Assembly: GCA_050010455.1 (NCBI GenBank)
Contig: JBEKLA010000001.1
Coordinates: 1-55,831, forward strand
From: Candidatus Binataceae bacterium
GTDB lineage: Bacteria; Desulfobacterota; Binatia; Binatales; Binataceae
Direction: 5' to 3'
DNA length: 55,831 bases
The notes beneath the pieces are model-generated. The model searched no databases and was not told where the DNA came from. It saw only the letters and a program-made list of their open reading frames with translations. Both the position numbers and the translations under genes were made by a program. This document shows positions 20,038 through 29,380 of the stretch, in pieces. How positions within the stretch are numbered: the first letter of the stretch is position 1; each line of letters starts with the position of its first letter.

Positions 20038-20640
20038 CTAATCCGCCGCGGCGGGCTCGAAATTCGCAAGCAAGGTTTGATCGCCGCGGCTGTCGACCCG
20101 GCGCACGATTCGTCCATCCTCGTCGATCTCGATTTGCTCGCGTTCTCCGATCGCCGGCTCGAACGACCACATCAAGCCGCGCGAATCGCGTTGCTGATAC
20201 GTCTGCTTGACTGAGGCCGCAACCAGCGTGGCCGGATCGATTGCCGCGACTCGTCCGGTAAATCGCAGGCGCCCGGCGGCGCGAAGATGCGCGATTATGA
20301 TCGCCTTGAAGATCAGCAAATCGCCGTCGACCTCGCGGAAACGTCCGAGTTTGGTTTCAATCGCATTGCGTCCAGCCATCGCGCTTACGCTTCCGCGCAG
20401 CATATCGCCCGCGGCCTCATAGGTGGCGCTGCGCGAGAACAAACCGCGCGTGTAGCGGGTTCGGAGGCGGATGATTTGGGTGCCGCCGTCGAGGTCGGCT
20501 TCCACCTGATGGCTGTTGCCGCCTTCGGTCTGAACACGCTCGCCCGATAGCCGCTCGGCCGTGAGCAGATCGATCTCAACCGCCGTCACGCGATTCTGAA
20601 CTCGGGACTCGTAACGGTAGCGGCCCGCCGGCGGATTCAT
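20038..20640 (-). CDS. Hypothetical 200-aa protein, translationally coupled to the upstream DUF72 gene
   Basis: The ATG at 20640 overlaps the DUF72 stop as ATGA. The translation MNPPAGRYRYESRVQNRVTAVEIDLL... is protein-like, and I recognise no motif. The longer track ORF (to 21309) reads through DUF72 out of frame and is rejected. Confidence 0.55.
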   Translation of the reverse strand: MNPPAGRYRYESRVQNRVTAVEIDLLTAERLSGERVQTEGGNSHQVEADLDGGTQIIRLRTRYTRGLFSRSATYEAAGDMLRGSVSAMAGRNAIETKLGRFREVDGDLLIFKAIIIAHLRAAGRLRFTGRVAAIDPATLVAASVKQTYQQRDSRGLMWSFEPAIGEREQIEIDEDGRIVRRVDSRGDQTLLANFEPAAAD

Positions 20641-21401
20641 GCGGCGTGCGCCGCCTCGCCGACGATATCCCGCATCCTGAGCGCAAATCCGGGGGCGGCG
20701 GTCTGATGCTTGAAGTAAACGTAGACTTCGGCGCCGTCGGCGGCAAAGCGAAGCAGGCGCTCCGCCCACGCACGAAGGCTTTGATCGTCGTAAGATTCGT
20801 TGCGCAGCCGTACGTACACGTGTCGCGCGGTGCGCTCGATCGGTGTCGCCAGCTTCGCGCTTTCCGCGATACACAGCGCGGCGCCGCCCGCGCGTAACGC
20901 TTCCAGCACCGAATCGTCGAACCAGCTCGCGTCGCGGAATTCGAAGACGGCGCGCATACCGCCGCCAAGCCGAAGCAAAAACTGATTCAGCAGCGCGACG
21001 TCGCGCTTGAATCCGGGAAGAAGCTGGAACAGCACCGGTCCGAGCTTCTCGCCCATCGCCGACGCGGCCTCGGCGAAGCGGAGCAAATCGGCGCCGACGT
21101 TTCTGAGCCGCGCCTGATGAGTGACGCGTTCGGGCGCCTTCAGGGCGAAGCGAAAGCCCGCCGGTGTCTGCGCGGCCCATCCCGCCAGGAACTCCGGGCG
21201 CGGGATACGTCGGAAGGTGTAGTTGATTTCGACCGTCGGCATGCGCTCGGCGTAGAACGCGAGCATCTTGGTACTCGGCAGTTTCGGCGGATAGAAGCCG
21301 CCCACCCACTCCTTGTAGCTGAACCCGGAAGTGCCGATTCGAATCTGCGATGCGACGTCCATCTGCTGTAAAACGCTATCGCTCGCGAATCGACTGGACA
21401 A
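20637..21401 (-). CDS. DUF72 (YecE/UPF0759) family protein
   Basis: IRIGTSGFSYKEWVGGFYP is the characteristic DUF72 N-terminal motif. The start could instead be the internal Met (MDVASQ). Confidence 0.85.
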   Translation of the reverse strand: MSSRFASDSVLQQMDVASQIRIGTSGFSYKEWVGGFYPPKLPSTKMLAFYAERMPTVEINYTFRRIPRPEFLAGWAAQTPAGFRFALKAPERVTHQARLRNVGADLLRFAEAASAMGEKLGPVLFQLLPGFKRDVALLNQFLLRLGGGMRAVFEFRDASWFDDSVLEALRAGGAALCIAESAKLATPIERTARHVYVRLRNESYDDQSLRAWAERLLRFAADGAEVYVYFKHQTAAPGFALRMRDIVGEAAHAA

Positions 21402-21550
21402 GTGCGTCGCAGCCCGGCCCGGCGGCCAGACCGAGTTCGGGACTGGCCTCGATTGGGATCATTGACGAGAATAGCGAGCAGTTGGGGCGAAGCCGTGAAG
21501 CGCGGCAAGGTATTTTCTATCCTTTGGTGCTTGAGATAGTCGCTGGAGTT

Positions 21551-21925
21551 ATGCAGAAGCTGGAATCTCGTAAACTGATAACTGTCGGCGTACTCGTGCT
21601 GGCTGTGTTGGCCGCAGAATGTTGGCTTCTATCGAGGGAGCCGTCGTGGGGATTTTACAGCCCATTTCCCTTCACGGTGCTGCGAAGCGCTGCGATGCCA
21701 CTGCTTGTCGGTCTTAGCGCGGCCGCGTTCGCTGCAACCCGTACAGCGACGGCGGAAAGAAGATTGCTCTTTTCGATTGCTCTCGCTGCCTTCGTAGAAA
21801 TTGGAGTGGTGAAAGCGATGGTCTGGACGGGTCAGCCTGCGCTTTTAATCGTGGTTCTGCTGCTGAATGCATTCATGACCTTCCAGTTCCTGCGGTACGG
21901 CTGCGAGTATCTGTTTGAGTTATAG
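21551..21925 (+). CDS. Hypothetical small integral membrane protein
   Basis: From the internal ATG at 21551 (MQKLESRKLITVGVLVLAVLAA...) there are about four hydrophobic segments. The local GC is lower than the flanks and the RBS is weak. Confidence 0.4.
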   Translation: MQKLESRKLITVGVLVLAVLAAECWLLSREPSWGFYSPFPFTVLRSAAMPLLVGLSAAAFAATRTATAERRLLFSIALAAFVEIGVVKAMVWTGQPALLIVVLLLNAFMTFQFLRYGCEYLFEL

Positions 21926-21952
21926 GAGCGACTTGGATTCCGAGATCGGCCA

Positions 21953-22159
21953 ATGTCTAAAAAACCTGCAACTATTAAGGGTATGATTTTTAGGATCGCC
22001 CTTTTGGCATTCGGGAGCATGGTGTGCGCCTCCCTGTTCGGTGCCTCCGGGATGTTTACCAGAGAGGGGGTGATTATAACTGCAGCGGTGTTAGCTCCTG
22101 GTGTCATCCTCGGCGTGATTCAGCAGGTCAGGATAAGGCGAGCAATGAAGCGCCGATAA
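21953..22159 (+). CDS. Hypothetical small membrane protein (68 aa)
   Basis: It has two hydrophobic segments and a basic C-terminus (RIRRAMKRR). It lies in the lower-GC region and has no convincing RBS. Confidence 0.3.
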   Translation: MSKKPATIKGMIFRIALLAFGSMVCASLFGASGMFTREGVIITAAVLAPGVILGVIQQVRIRRAMKRR

Positions 22160-22247
22160 CACTGCGCCAACACCCTCGCCGACACGAGCGGCGCCGTCGG
22201 TAGAGCGCTTGGCGGGCGGGGCGCGATGCGGCTAGACTGCCGCGATT

Positions 22248-23432
22248 ATGCCTACCAACGTTTCGAACAAGACCGCCTCGTTCACTGAATCAGTGATTCG
22301 CGAGCAGACCCGCCGCGCACTCAAGCTCAACGCGGTGGATCTGGCCCAGGGCTTCCCCGATTTTCCCGCGCCGACCGAACTCAAGGAAGCCGCCAAGCGC
22401 GCGATCGACGCCGACTACAATCAGTACCCGATAACTCACGGAGCGCCGGACCTGCGCCGCGCGATCGCCGAAAAAGTGAGGTCCTATAATCGTATCGAGT
22501 GCGACCCCGAGCGCAACCTGACCGTCGTTTGCGGCGCGACCGAGGCGATGATCGCGAGCCTGCTCGCGGTGATCAATCCCGGCGACGAAGTGATCATGTT
22601 CGAGCCCTACTACGAGAACTACGGCCCGGACACGATTATCGCCGGCGCCGAGCGGCGCGTGGTCGCGCTGCACGGACTGGATTTCTCGATCGATCCGGCG
22701 GAACTCGAACGCGCCTTCAGCCCGCGCACCAAGGCGATTATCGTCAACACGCCTCACAACCCTACCGGGAAGGTCTTTACCCAGGCCGAGCTCGAATTGA
22801 TCGCCAGCCTCTGCAATCGATTCGACACGCTCGCGATCACCGACGAAATTTACGAGCACATCATCTATGGCGCGGCTCGTCACATATCGATCGCGAGCCT
22901 TCCCGGGATGGCGGACCGCACGATCACGATCAGCGGCCTGTCCAAGACGTACTCGGTCACGGGATGGAGGATCGCGTACACGGTCGCGTGCGAGCGGCTG
23001 ACCTCGGCTATCCGCAAGATCCACGACTTCCTGACCGTCGGCGCGCCCCATCCGCTGCAGCGGGCCGGCATCACCGCGTTGCAATTACCGGAGTCGTTCT
23101 ACGCCGAACTCACGGCGATGTACGAACGGCGGCGGATGGCCTTATTCAAGATGCTCACCGGGGCGGGATTCAACTGCAAGCTGCCCGACGGCGCCTATTA
23201 CATCATGGCCGACGTGAGCCAGCTCGGTTTCGCCAACGATTTCGAGGCGTGCGACTTCCTGATCGAACAGGTCGGCGTGGCGTCGGTGCCGGGATCGAGC
23301 TTCTTTCAGCATAAGGAATTGGGGCGAGGTCTGCTGCGCTTTACGTTCTCGAAGAAGGACGAGACCTTGGCCGCCGCTGCCGAGCGTTTTAAGCATCTTG
23401 AGAGCAAGCTAGCCGCTTATCGACGCCGATAG
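22248..23432 (+). CDS. PLP-dependent aminotransferase, class I/II (YbdL/KAT-like)
   Basis: It has DLAQGFPDFPAP, IVNTPHNPTGKVF and SGLSKTYSVTGWRIAY (the PLP-binding Lys). Confidence 0.9.
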   Translation: MPTNVSNKTASFTESVIREQTRRALKLNAVDLAQGFPDFPAPTELKEAAKRAIDADYNQYPITHGAPDLRRAIAEKVRSYNRIECDPERNLTVVCGATEAMIASLLAVINPGDEVIMFEPYYENYGPDTIIAGAERRVVALHGLDFSIDPAELERAFSPRTKAIIVNTPHNPTGKVFTQAELELIASLCNRFDTLAITDEIYEHIIYGAARHISIASLPGMADRTITISGLSKTYSVTGWRIAYTVACERLTSAIRKIHDFLTVGAPHPLQRAGITALQLPESFYAELTAMYERRRMALFKMLTGAGFNCKLPDGAYYIMADVSQLGFANDFEACDFLIEQVGVASVPGSSFFQHKELGRGLLRFTFSKKDETLAAAAERFKHLESKLAAYRRR

Positions 23433-23458
23433 GCCTTGAAAATCCGGTTTGGGGCGGT

Positions 23459-23652
23459 AAAAGACGGTTTTTCCCCGTATAGCTTGCCGTTTCGGCAACT
23501 AATCTACCGCTCAGCGCAGGATTGGGGTTCCTTCTTTACGGTACTCCGGACACGATCGGTCTACATTGCGATCGTCGAGCGCGCTATCCCCTCCCGTCGC
23601 GTTTGGCACCGGCGCGGGAACTACGGCGCTAGTTCCCGCGCCATTCCTTTTC
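23459..23652 (+). ncRNA. Candidate structured non-coding RNA, unit 1 of a tandem pair (family unknown)
   Basis: There is no credible ORF here. The unit starts with aaaagacggttttt. It ends in the hairpin ggcgcgggaact/agttcccgcgcc (23611-23642) followed by attcctttt. It is homologous to 23773-23963. Confidence 0.35.
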
Positions 23653-23772
23653 AGAGCGATGCGATGGAACGGTCGAATCCTGGCTGCTATCGGCATAGGG
23701 CTTCGAGCCACCAGAGAACAAATAAGCGCATTTTTTTCAGCGAGCGCCCACGGAAATTCGATTAAGAACGCC

Positions 23773-23963
23773 AAAAGACGGTTTTTGGCTCAATAAGCCG
23801 CACCGTCGGCAAATCGGATACCTTTTGGGGCCGGATCAAAGTTCTTTCCTTACAGCCGCCCGGAGACGATCGAAGTAGATTGCGAGAGTCGGACGCGCCA
23901 CCCCCCTTCGCGTTCGGCACCGGGCGCGGGAGTTGTGCAAGCAGCTCCCGCGTCATCCTTTTT
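23773..23963 (+). ncRNA. Candidate structured non-coding RNA, unit 2 of a tandem pair (family unknown)
   Basis: It has the same 14-mer start, aaaagacggttttt, 314 nt after unit 1. The shared core is ccgga.acgatcg...attgcga..gtcg..cgcgc and cgcgtt.ggcaccgg.cgcggga. The hairpin gcgggagttg/cagctcccgc (23925-23952) is followed by tcatccttttt. Confidence 0.35.
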
Positions 23964-24022
23964 GGGACAAACGATATCTTTGCTTGCTGGTGCCGGCGCT
24001 CGGCTGACAGGTACCGCTATCG

Positions 24023-26608
24023 CTATTCGGCGATTATCCTGCGGCGGACGAAGACTTCGGCCAGCACCAGCGCGATCGCGAGCGGAATCAGAAACGGTTC
24101 CGCGCTGTTCCATACCGTGACGGTGGCACCGGTGCGCCTAAGGATTTGGGCGGGAGATCGGTTGAAGCCGCCGCCGGTTTCCGCAGCGATCCGCCGCAGC
24201 ATCTCGACGTTGGCCGGACGGATACGCAACTCGTCGGCGTCGGCCGCCGGCGCGCTCGGGACCGCGAACTGCCTGCTGAGTATGAGAGCCTCGCCGGTGC
24301 CGCTCTTGCGAATCAGCGCGAGCGAGTATTTGCCGGGCGGTATCGAAGCCGATTCGCCCTCGAACACCGCGTCGCCGGTCGCGCTCATAGGGACGTCGAA
24401 GCGCTGGCCGGCCCCGGTGACGCGGCAAACCAGATTATCGGTCGTGGCCAGATCGGCCTTCTCGGCCTCGAACCTGATGCCGCCTCCGCTCTCACTGATA
24501 ATTCGCAGATCGAACGCGCCCGCCTCGCCCTGACGCATCGCCCAGGTGACGAGCTGCGACCAGAACTGGGCGTATCGATTCCAGTGCACCCAGCTCAGCG
24601 TAGCCATCGAATCCGGATCGGCGGCGAAGATCGCGGTGCGGCCCAGTCCATACTGCCAGGCCGCGACCAGCGGCGATCGTTCCTTGCCGCGCACGATTCG
24701 AATCGGAACGCTAGCGCCGTTCTTGGCCTCGGTGGTGGTGAAAAACTCGAGTTGGGGAATTTCGTCGGGTTTGATCCCGCTCAGGATTTCGCTGCGGCCG
24801 TCGGATTTGAGACTGATGCGGTTTTGCGAAGTCCGATTCGCCGTCTGGCGCGTGAGGCGGACGAACAGTTGCGGCAGTTTCTCGATATCGTCGACTCGAT
24901 AGAAGGTTCCGCCGGTGGCTTCGGCGAAATCCTCGAGCAGGCGCAGGTTGGCGAGATCGGGTCCGATGCGGACGGTTGAAACCGGGATGTGCTCGCGGGC
25001 GAAATCCGCGATCAGGGCGTCGTGATCGTGATAGGGGCGGTTGGTGTCGCCGTCGGTCAACAGGATGACCTGGCGCACCGCGAGGCGGCTGGCGAGAATA
25101 TCGCGCTGGGCGATTTCGAGCGCCTCCTTGAAATCGGTTCCCCCGCCGGGCTCCAGCCGCTCGACGCGATCCTCGAGCGCGGCGCGATCCTCGCCCAGCG
25201 GATGGAGCCGCGAGAGCACGTAGGGCTCCGAGTCGAACGCGATTACGCCAACGAAATCGGTGTCGTCGAGCTGGCGCAGCAGCGCGATCGCCGCCTGCTT
25301 GGCGTAGCGGATTCGCTCGCCGTCGCGCACCGAGGGGAAGCGCGAGTTATAGCTCATCGAATTCGAGCGATCGATGCAGAGGTAAATCGCGATCGGTTCG
25401 CGGCTCGGTGGCCGCGGCTGAGGCTGAAATTTGATCGGCAGCACGTTCTCAAGCGCGCCGTGCTCGAATCGATCGTCGGCCAGCGCCTCGCCGGTCACGA
25501 TCAGTCCGCCACCGAAATCGCTTACATAGCGCGCGAGCGCCTGCTGAACCTTATCCGGCATCGCAGGCGCAGGCACGTCGGCGATTATCACCGCTTGATA
25601 GGCGAGCAGGTCTTCCGGATTCTGCGATAGCGTTTGCGGAGCACGTTGATCGACCTGGTAGTTGCGGAGCTTGAGCGCGTCGACGACGCTATGGGGCGGC
25701 TCGTTGGAGACCACCAGCACGCGCGGCGGCCCGATTACCGAAATCGCGCTTTCAGAGCGCCGATTCAGCGTTATCGCCGGCGGCTCGGCGTCGAGTTCGG
25801 CGCGCGCGATATAGGCGCCCGGCCGATCGAGCCGGTAGGGCAGTTCGAACTGGTTGAGACCCGGATGCAGCGTCAGGTCGCGGCTGCCGGCCGCAACGCC
25901 CTCGGCCTCGAGCTTGAGGCGCGCCTTGATCGGCACGCGCGCCTCGCTCTCGATATCAACGTGAAAGGCAAAGCTGGAATCGGCGCGCACCGATGCGGGA
26001 GCGGTAAAGGTGGTCAGCGCGATTCGTTGGGTCGCGGACGGCGGCGGAGCGTCTGCAAACACCTGGACCCCGCGCTCGGCGAGCACGGGGACTTCGCTGA
26101 CGGCGAGGCCCTGGGTCTCGATTCCGTCGCTCAGCAACAACACTCGCTTCTCGACCTGATCGGGAAACAAGCCCGCGGCGATCGCGAGCGCGCCGGCGAT
26201 ATCGGTGCCGCCCGGATCGGCGCTTTGGCTGATACGGCCGACGAGCCGCGGATCGCCGAGCGGCGCGAGCATCCGCACGTCGCGGCCGAAGCCGAGCACC
26301 GCGAGCCGGTCGCGCGAGTCCATCGAGCGGCCGATCTCGATCACCTTGCGGTCCATCCAGGCGGCCTGATCGGGCGCAATCGATCTCGATTGATCGAGCG
26401 CGACAATCACGTCGAGTCCGCGTGCTCCGGCGCGAGTCTTTATCCTGAGTCCCGCAAGCATCACCACGAGCACAATGAGAACGGCGAGCCTTAATCCGGC
26501 GGCCGCGCCGCCGGCGATCCACTTGCCACGGCGGACCGCGAACCATCCCGGCATCGCGGCGACCGGCGCGAGAATCATCAGCCAGAGCAGTTCCGGCCGT
26601 TCAAACAT
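24023..26608 (-). CDS. Large membrane protein with two VWA (MIDAS) domains flanking a GATase1-like segment (module B; paralog of 7869..10445)
   Basis: MIDAS motifs are VIVALDQSRSI and IYLCIDRSNSMSY. The segment PRVLVVSNEPPHSVVDALK...YQAVIIADVP...GGGLIVTG is GATase1-like. The C-terminal TM is FLIPLAIALVLAEVFVRRR. It overlaps the upstream gene by 8 nt. Confidence 0.75.
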   Translation of the reverse strand: MFERPELLWLMILAPVAAMPGWFAVRRGKWIAGGAAAGLRLAVLIVLVVMLAGLRIKTRAGARGLDVIVALDQSRSIAPDQAAWMDRKVIEIGRSMDSRDRLAVLGFGRDVRMLAPLGDPRLVGRISQSADPGGTDIAGALAIAAGLFPDQVEKRVLLLSDGIETQGLAVSEVPVLAERGVQVFADAPPPSATQRIALTTFTAPASVRADSSFAFHVDIESEARVPIKARLKLEAEGVAAGSRDLTLHPGLNQFELPYRLDRPGAYIARAELDAEPPAITLNRRSESAISVIGPPRVLVVSNEPPHSVVDALKLRNYQVDQRAPQTLSQNPEDLLAYQAVIIADVPAPAMPDKVQQALARYVSDFGGGLIVTGEALADDRFEHGALENVLPIKFQPQPRPPSREPIAIYLCIDRSNSMSYNSRFPSVRDGERIRYAKQAAIALLRQLDDTDFVGVIAFDSEPYVLSRLHPLGEDRAALEDRVERLEPGGGTDFKEALEIAQRDILASRLAVRQVILLTDGDTNRPYHDHDALIADFAREHIPVSTVRIGPDLANLRLLEDFAEATGGTFYRVDDIEKLPQLFVRLTRQTANRTSQNRISLKSDGRSEILSGIKPDEIPQLEFFTTTEAKNGASVPIRIVRGKERSPLVAAWQYGLGRTAIFAADPDSMATLSWVHWNRYAQFWSQLVTWAMRQGEAGAFDLRIISESGGGIRFEAEKADLATTDNLVCRVTGAGQRFDVPMSATGDAVFEGESASIPPGKYSLALIRKSGTGEALILSRQFAVPSAPAADADELRIRPANVEMLRRIAAETGGGFNRSPAQILRRTGATVTVWNSAEPFLIPLAIALVLAEVFVRRRIIAE

Positions 26609-28454
26609 CGAGTCGCCTTCCCAACATGCCGCGCGCCGCCATCAGCGCCGATTCCGCAAGGAAAGCGATCGTGGCGAGCGCTATCAGAGCGAGGCCAACC
26701 GGCCGCACGCTGGGCAATGTGGTGAAAGCCGACGATCCGCCCGCACCGGCTTCGGTCGCGCGGATTGTGACCGGCTTCAATTCAAGGTCGGATTCGGCAC
26801 CGTCGTAGTAGTTCGTGAAAACCTGCTGGACGCGGCCCGCAGAGATCACCTGATAGCGGCCGGCCTGCATCGGCCGAAAGCGCAGTTGCCCCCACTGATC
26901 GGCGCTGAGCGGAGTCGACACACCGTCGGGCGCGATCAGTTGAACATGCCCGGCTGCGGGGAGGCTCACGTAGATGCCGGTCGGCGCGATATACAGCCCC
27001 TGCGGAACAGCCAGCGCTTTGATCAAATCGACCGTCAGGACCAGTGCGTCGAGGCGATCGGGATCGAGCAGTAGATGATTGCGGATATCGAACGCGATCA
27101 CGCCGAGCCGGCCCTCGCCGCTGGTGCCGATCGCGGCTATCGGTATCGTGCCGGAGACGCCGGGCGCGATACCGCGTGCAAGCGGTTGCATCCAGACCGG
27201 CAGCGCGACGACGCGCCCCGCGCCCAGCAGGATCGCGCGGCTAAGCCTGCTGCCGTCGGTGCGCTCGGCCATCTCGCAGTACGGGATCGACGCGCCAAGC
27301 GATAGCTCGCGCGCGCGAGCGGGATAGATCAGCAGGCGCGAATCGGCGTGCGGGCCGACGCTATCGTCGATATCGTGCATCAGCGCGAGATCGAAATGCG
27401 CGCCGGACGAGGCCAATTCCTTGAGATGCGCGGGATCGGTATCAGCGATCACGAAGTTGGGATCGATCGCGCGCACCACGCGCGTCAGATCGTCGCGCAC
27501 GCCGGCGTCGGGCGACACGACCAGCACGTGGAAGGAGCGGCTGGCTGTCGCGTAACTCCAGCGATCGTTGTCGGCCGCGAGCGCGTCGGGCGTGAGCAGC
27601 CGCGCGTGAAGCAATCCGCCGTTCGCGAGCGGACCGAACGGCACGATCGCTTGTCCACGCGCCGCAACGGAAACCGCCGAGTGATAGGCCTCGCGCCCGT
27701 CACAATCGATCGCGAGCTGCACAACGTGCGCGTCGGCCGAGAAGTTGCGTATCACGCAGCGGCCCTGCGTGAGGCCCGGCACACCCGGATCGAGTGAGAC
27801 GATCGCGAGGTTGTCAGCACCGCTACCGACCCGATGGAACCGCAGACGAGAGGTGACGACGCCGCCTTGCGCCGCCCCGGAAGGCAAGCGGTCAGCGAAG
27901 AGGTCGGCGGAGTCGGCCTCGCGCGCGAGCATCAGAGCGCCGTTCAGCGCCGCCGGCCGCTGCGCGACCGCGTTCGCCCCAAGCGATTCAATCGCGGCGC
28001 GTATCGCGGCCGGATCGCCGCTGGCGGCAAGGCGCACGCCGGCCTCTTGCGCATAGCTGATAACGCTAAACTGATCGCCGGCCGCCGCCGCGGAGACGAT
28101 CGCACTCGCCTCGCGCTTGGCCTGATCGAGGCGAGTGCGGTCGCCGTCGCGGGCGCCCATCCCGGCGGCGGTATCGAAGATCAGCGCGTGGCTGCGAATT
28201 CGTTGGGGCGCGGCCCTAAGCTTCAGATAAAGACCGGCAACCGCCAGCGATAGCGTGGCGAGCGTGGCCATCTCGAGCCAGAACAGCAGATCGATTCGCG
28301 CCACTCTCGGTTTGGCGATCGGCTGCTCGACCTCGTCGAACAGCATCAGGCTCGAAACGTCGAGCGTCAAGCGCGAGCGCGCGTGCAGATAGATGAGCAC
28401 CAGCGCAACCAGGCTCAGGCCGTAGAGCAGGTTGAGCGGATTGAGGAAACCCAT
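26601..28454 (-). CDS. BatA-N membrane protein with fully degenerate VWA motif (module B; paralog of 6058..7872)
   Basis: The N-terminus is MGFLNPLNLLYGLSLVALVLIYLHARSR, followed by a second TM. The position equivalent to MIDAS reads LIFDTAAGM, with both Ser lost. A C-terminal TM is present. Confidence 0.7.
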   Translation of the reverse strand: MGFLNPLNLLYGLSLVALVLIYLHARSRLTLDVSSLMLFDEVEQPIAKPRVARIDLLFWLEMATLATLSLAVAGLYLKLRAAPQRIRSHALIFDTAAGMGARDGDRTRLDQAKREASAIVSAAAAGDQFSVISYAQEAGVRLAASGDPAAIRAAIESLGANAVAQRPAALNGALMLAREADSADLFADRLPSGAAQGGVVTSRLRFHRVGSGADNLAIVSLDPGVPGLTQGRCVIRNFSADAHVVQLAIDCDGREAYHSAVSVAARGQAIVPFGPLANGGLLHARLLTPDALAADNDRWSYATASRSFHVLVVSPDAGVRDDLTRVVRAIDPNFVIADTDPAHLKELASSGAHFDLALMHDIDDSVGPHADSRLLIYPARARELSLGASIPYCEMAERTDGSRLSRAILLGAGRVVALPVWMQPLARGIAPGVSGTIPIAAIGTSGEGRLGVIAFDIRNHLLLDPDRLDALVLTVDLIKALAVPQGLYIAPTGIYVSLPAAGHVQLIAPDGVSTPLSADQWGQLRFRPMQAGRYQVISAGRVQQVFTNYYDGAESDLELKPVTIRATEAGAGGSSAFTTLPSVRPVGLALIALATIAFLAESALMAARGMLGRRLDV

Positions 28455-28456
28455 CG

Positions 28457-29362
28457 CTACCTCACCACGCCCAGACGCGGGAATTCGTGAGCGATGATCT
28501 GTTCGAGATTGCCGGCACCGAAGGCGGGGACGTAGGTTATCGAGCGCGCGGCGCAGAATTCGCGCAGGCGGCGAACGATATGCTCAACCTTGGTGCGGCA
28601 CGCCGCCGTCGCTTGCGCGCCCCACACGATTTCGCGGATTTGGCCGGTCTCGCAATCGCGCATCCGATAAAATCCTGGCGCGAGTGCGCCCGTGCTTTCC
28701 CGCTCGCCCATCACGTGAATCACCTTGACCTCGTTGCGAGCGGCGAGCAGCTTGGTCAGCGCGGCTTCGTATTCGATCGCGGCGACGAGAAAATCCGAAA
28801 TCACGATCACCATGCCAGGCTGGCGGCGCCCTATCAGAAGCTGCTCGACCGCACCGTTGAGCGAGGTCGTGCCCTCGCACTTGAGTCCTCGCACAAAGGG
28901 CAGGATTTCGAGGTAGGTTTCGCGGCGGCGGCGGAACGGAGTCTGAATCAGCGTGGTCTTGCCGCGGTGCACGCCGAACGCCACCAGGCGCACCGCGTCG
29001 TTCTCGCTCATCCCGACGTAGGCGAGCGCGGCGCCCAGCGCCAACGCCAGGCCCAGCTTGTCGTCCTTGGCCGGCAGCGCCATCGAGGCGCTGGTATCGA
29101 TTAGAATCGTTATTTCGATTTCGCGCTCGGCGCGAAAGGTCCGGATAAACAGTTCGTCGAGCCTGCCGACCGCGTTCCAATCCAGGAAGCGCAGATCGTC
29201 GCCTTCGACATAATTCTTGAAGTTCTCGAGCTCGATACCGATGCCCTGGACACGTCCCAGCGTGCGCGGGCCGATTCGCGCCGTGCGGGCGCGCTTGATT
29301 CCGAGCATCAGGCCGTCCAGCCGCTTGAGAAACTCGGGCTCGAATGCGCGCTTGGCCAGCAT
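28457..29362 (-). CDS. DUF58 protein with VWA-like MIDAS motif (module B)
   Basis: It has IELENFKNYVEGDDLRFLDW and ILIDTSASM. Confidence 0.85.
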   Translation of the reverse strand: MLAKRAFEPEFLKRLDGLMLGIKRARTARIGPRTLGRVQGIGIELENFKNYVEGDDLRFLDWNAVGRLDELFIRTFRAEREIEITILIDTSASMALPAKDDKLGLALALGAALAYVGMSENDAVRLVAFGVHRGKTTLIQTPFRRRRETYLEILPFVRGLKCEGTTSLNGAVEQLLIGRRQPGMVIVISDFLVAAIEYEAALTKLLAARNEVKVIHVMGERESTGALAPGFYRMRDCETGQIREIVWGAQATAACRTKVEHIVRRLREFCAARSITYVPAFGAGNLEQIIAHEFPRLGVVR

Positions 29363-29380
29363 CGGCGGCGCCCCCAGGCG

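Noticed and set aside
20641-21309. N-terminal 223 residues of the track ORF 20038..21309 (423 aa).
   Set aside because: This part is out of frame with, and fully inside, the DUF72 gene, and it is Arg-rich nonsense. The real gene starts at the ATG that overlaps the DUF72 stop (20640).
23436-23796. ORFs 23436..23765(+), 23566..23796(+) and 23511..23774(-) within the tandem-unit region.
   Set aside because: They lack an RBS, their composition is not protein-like, and their codon third positions are not GC-enriched. The region is better explained as non-coding repeat units.
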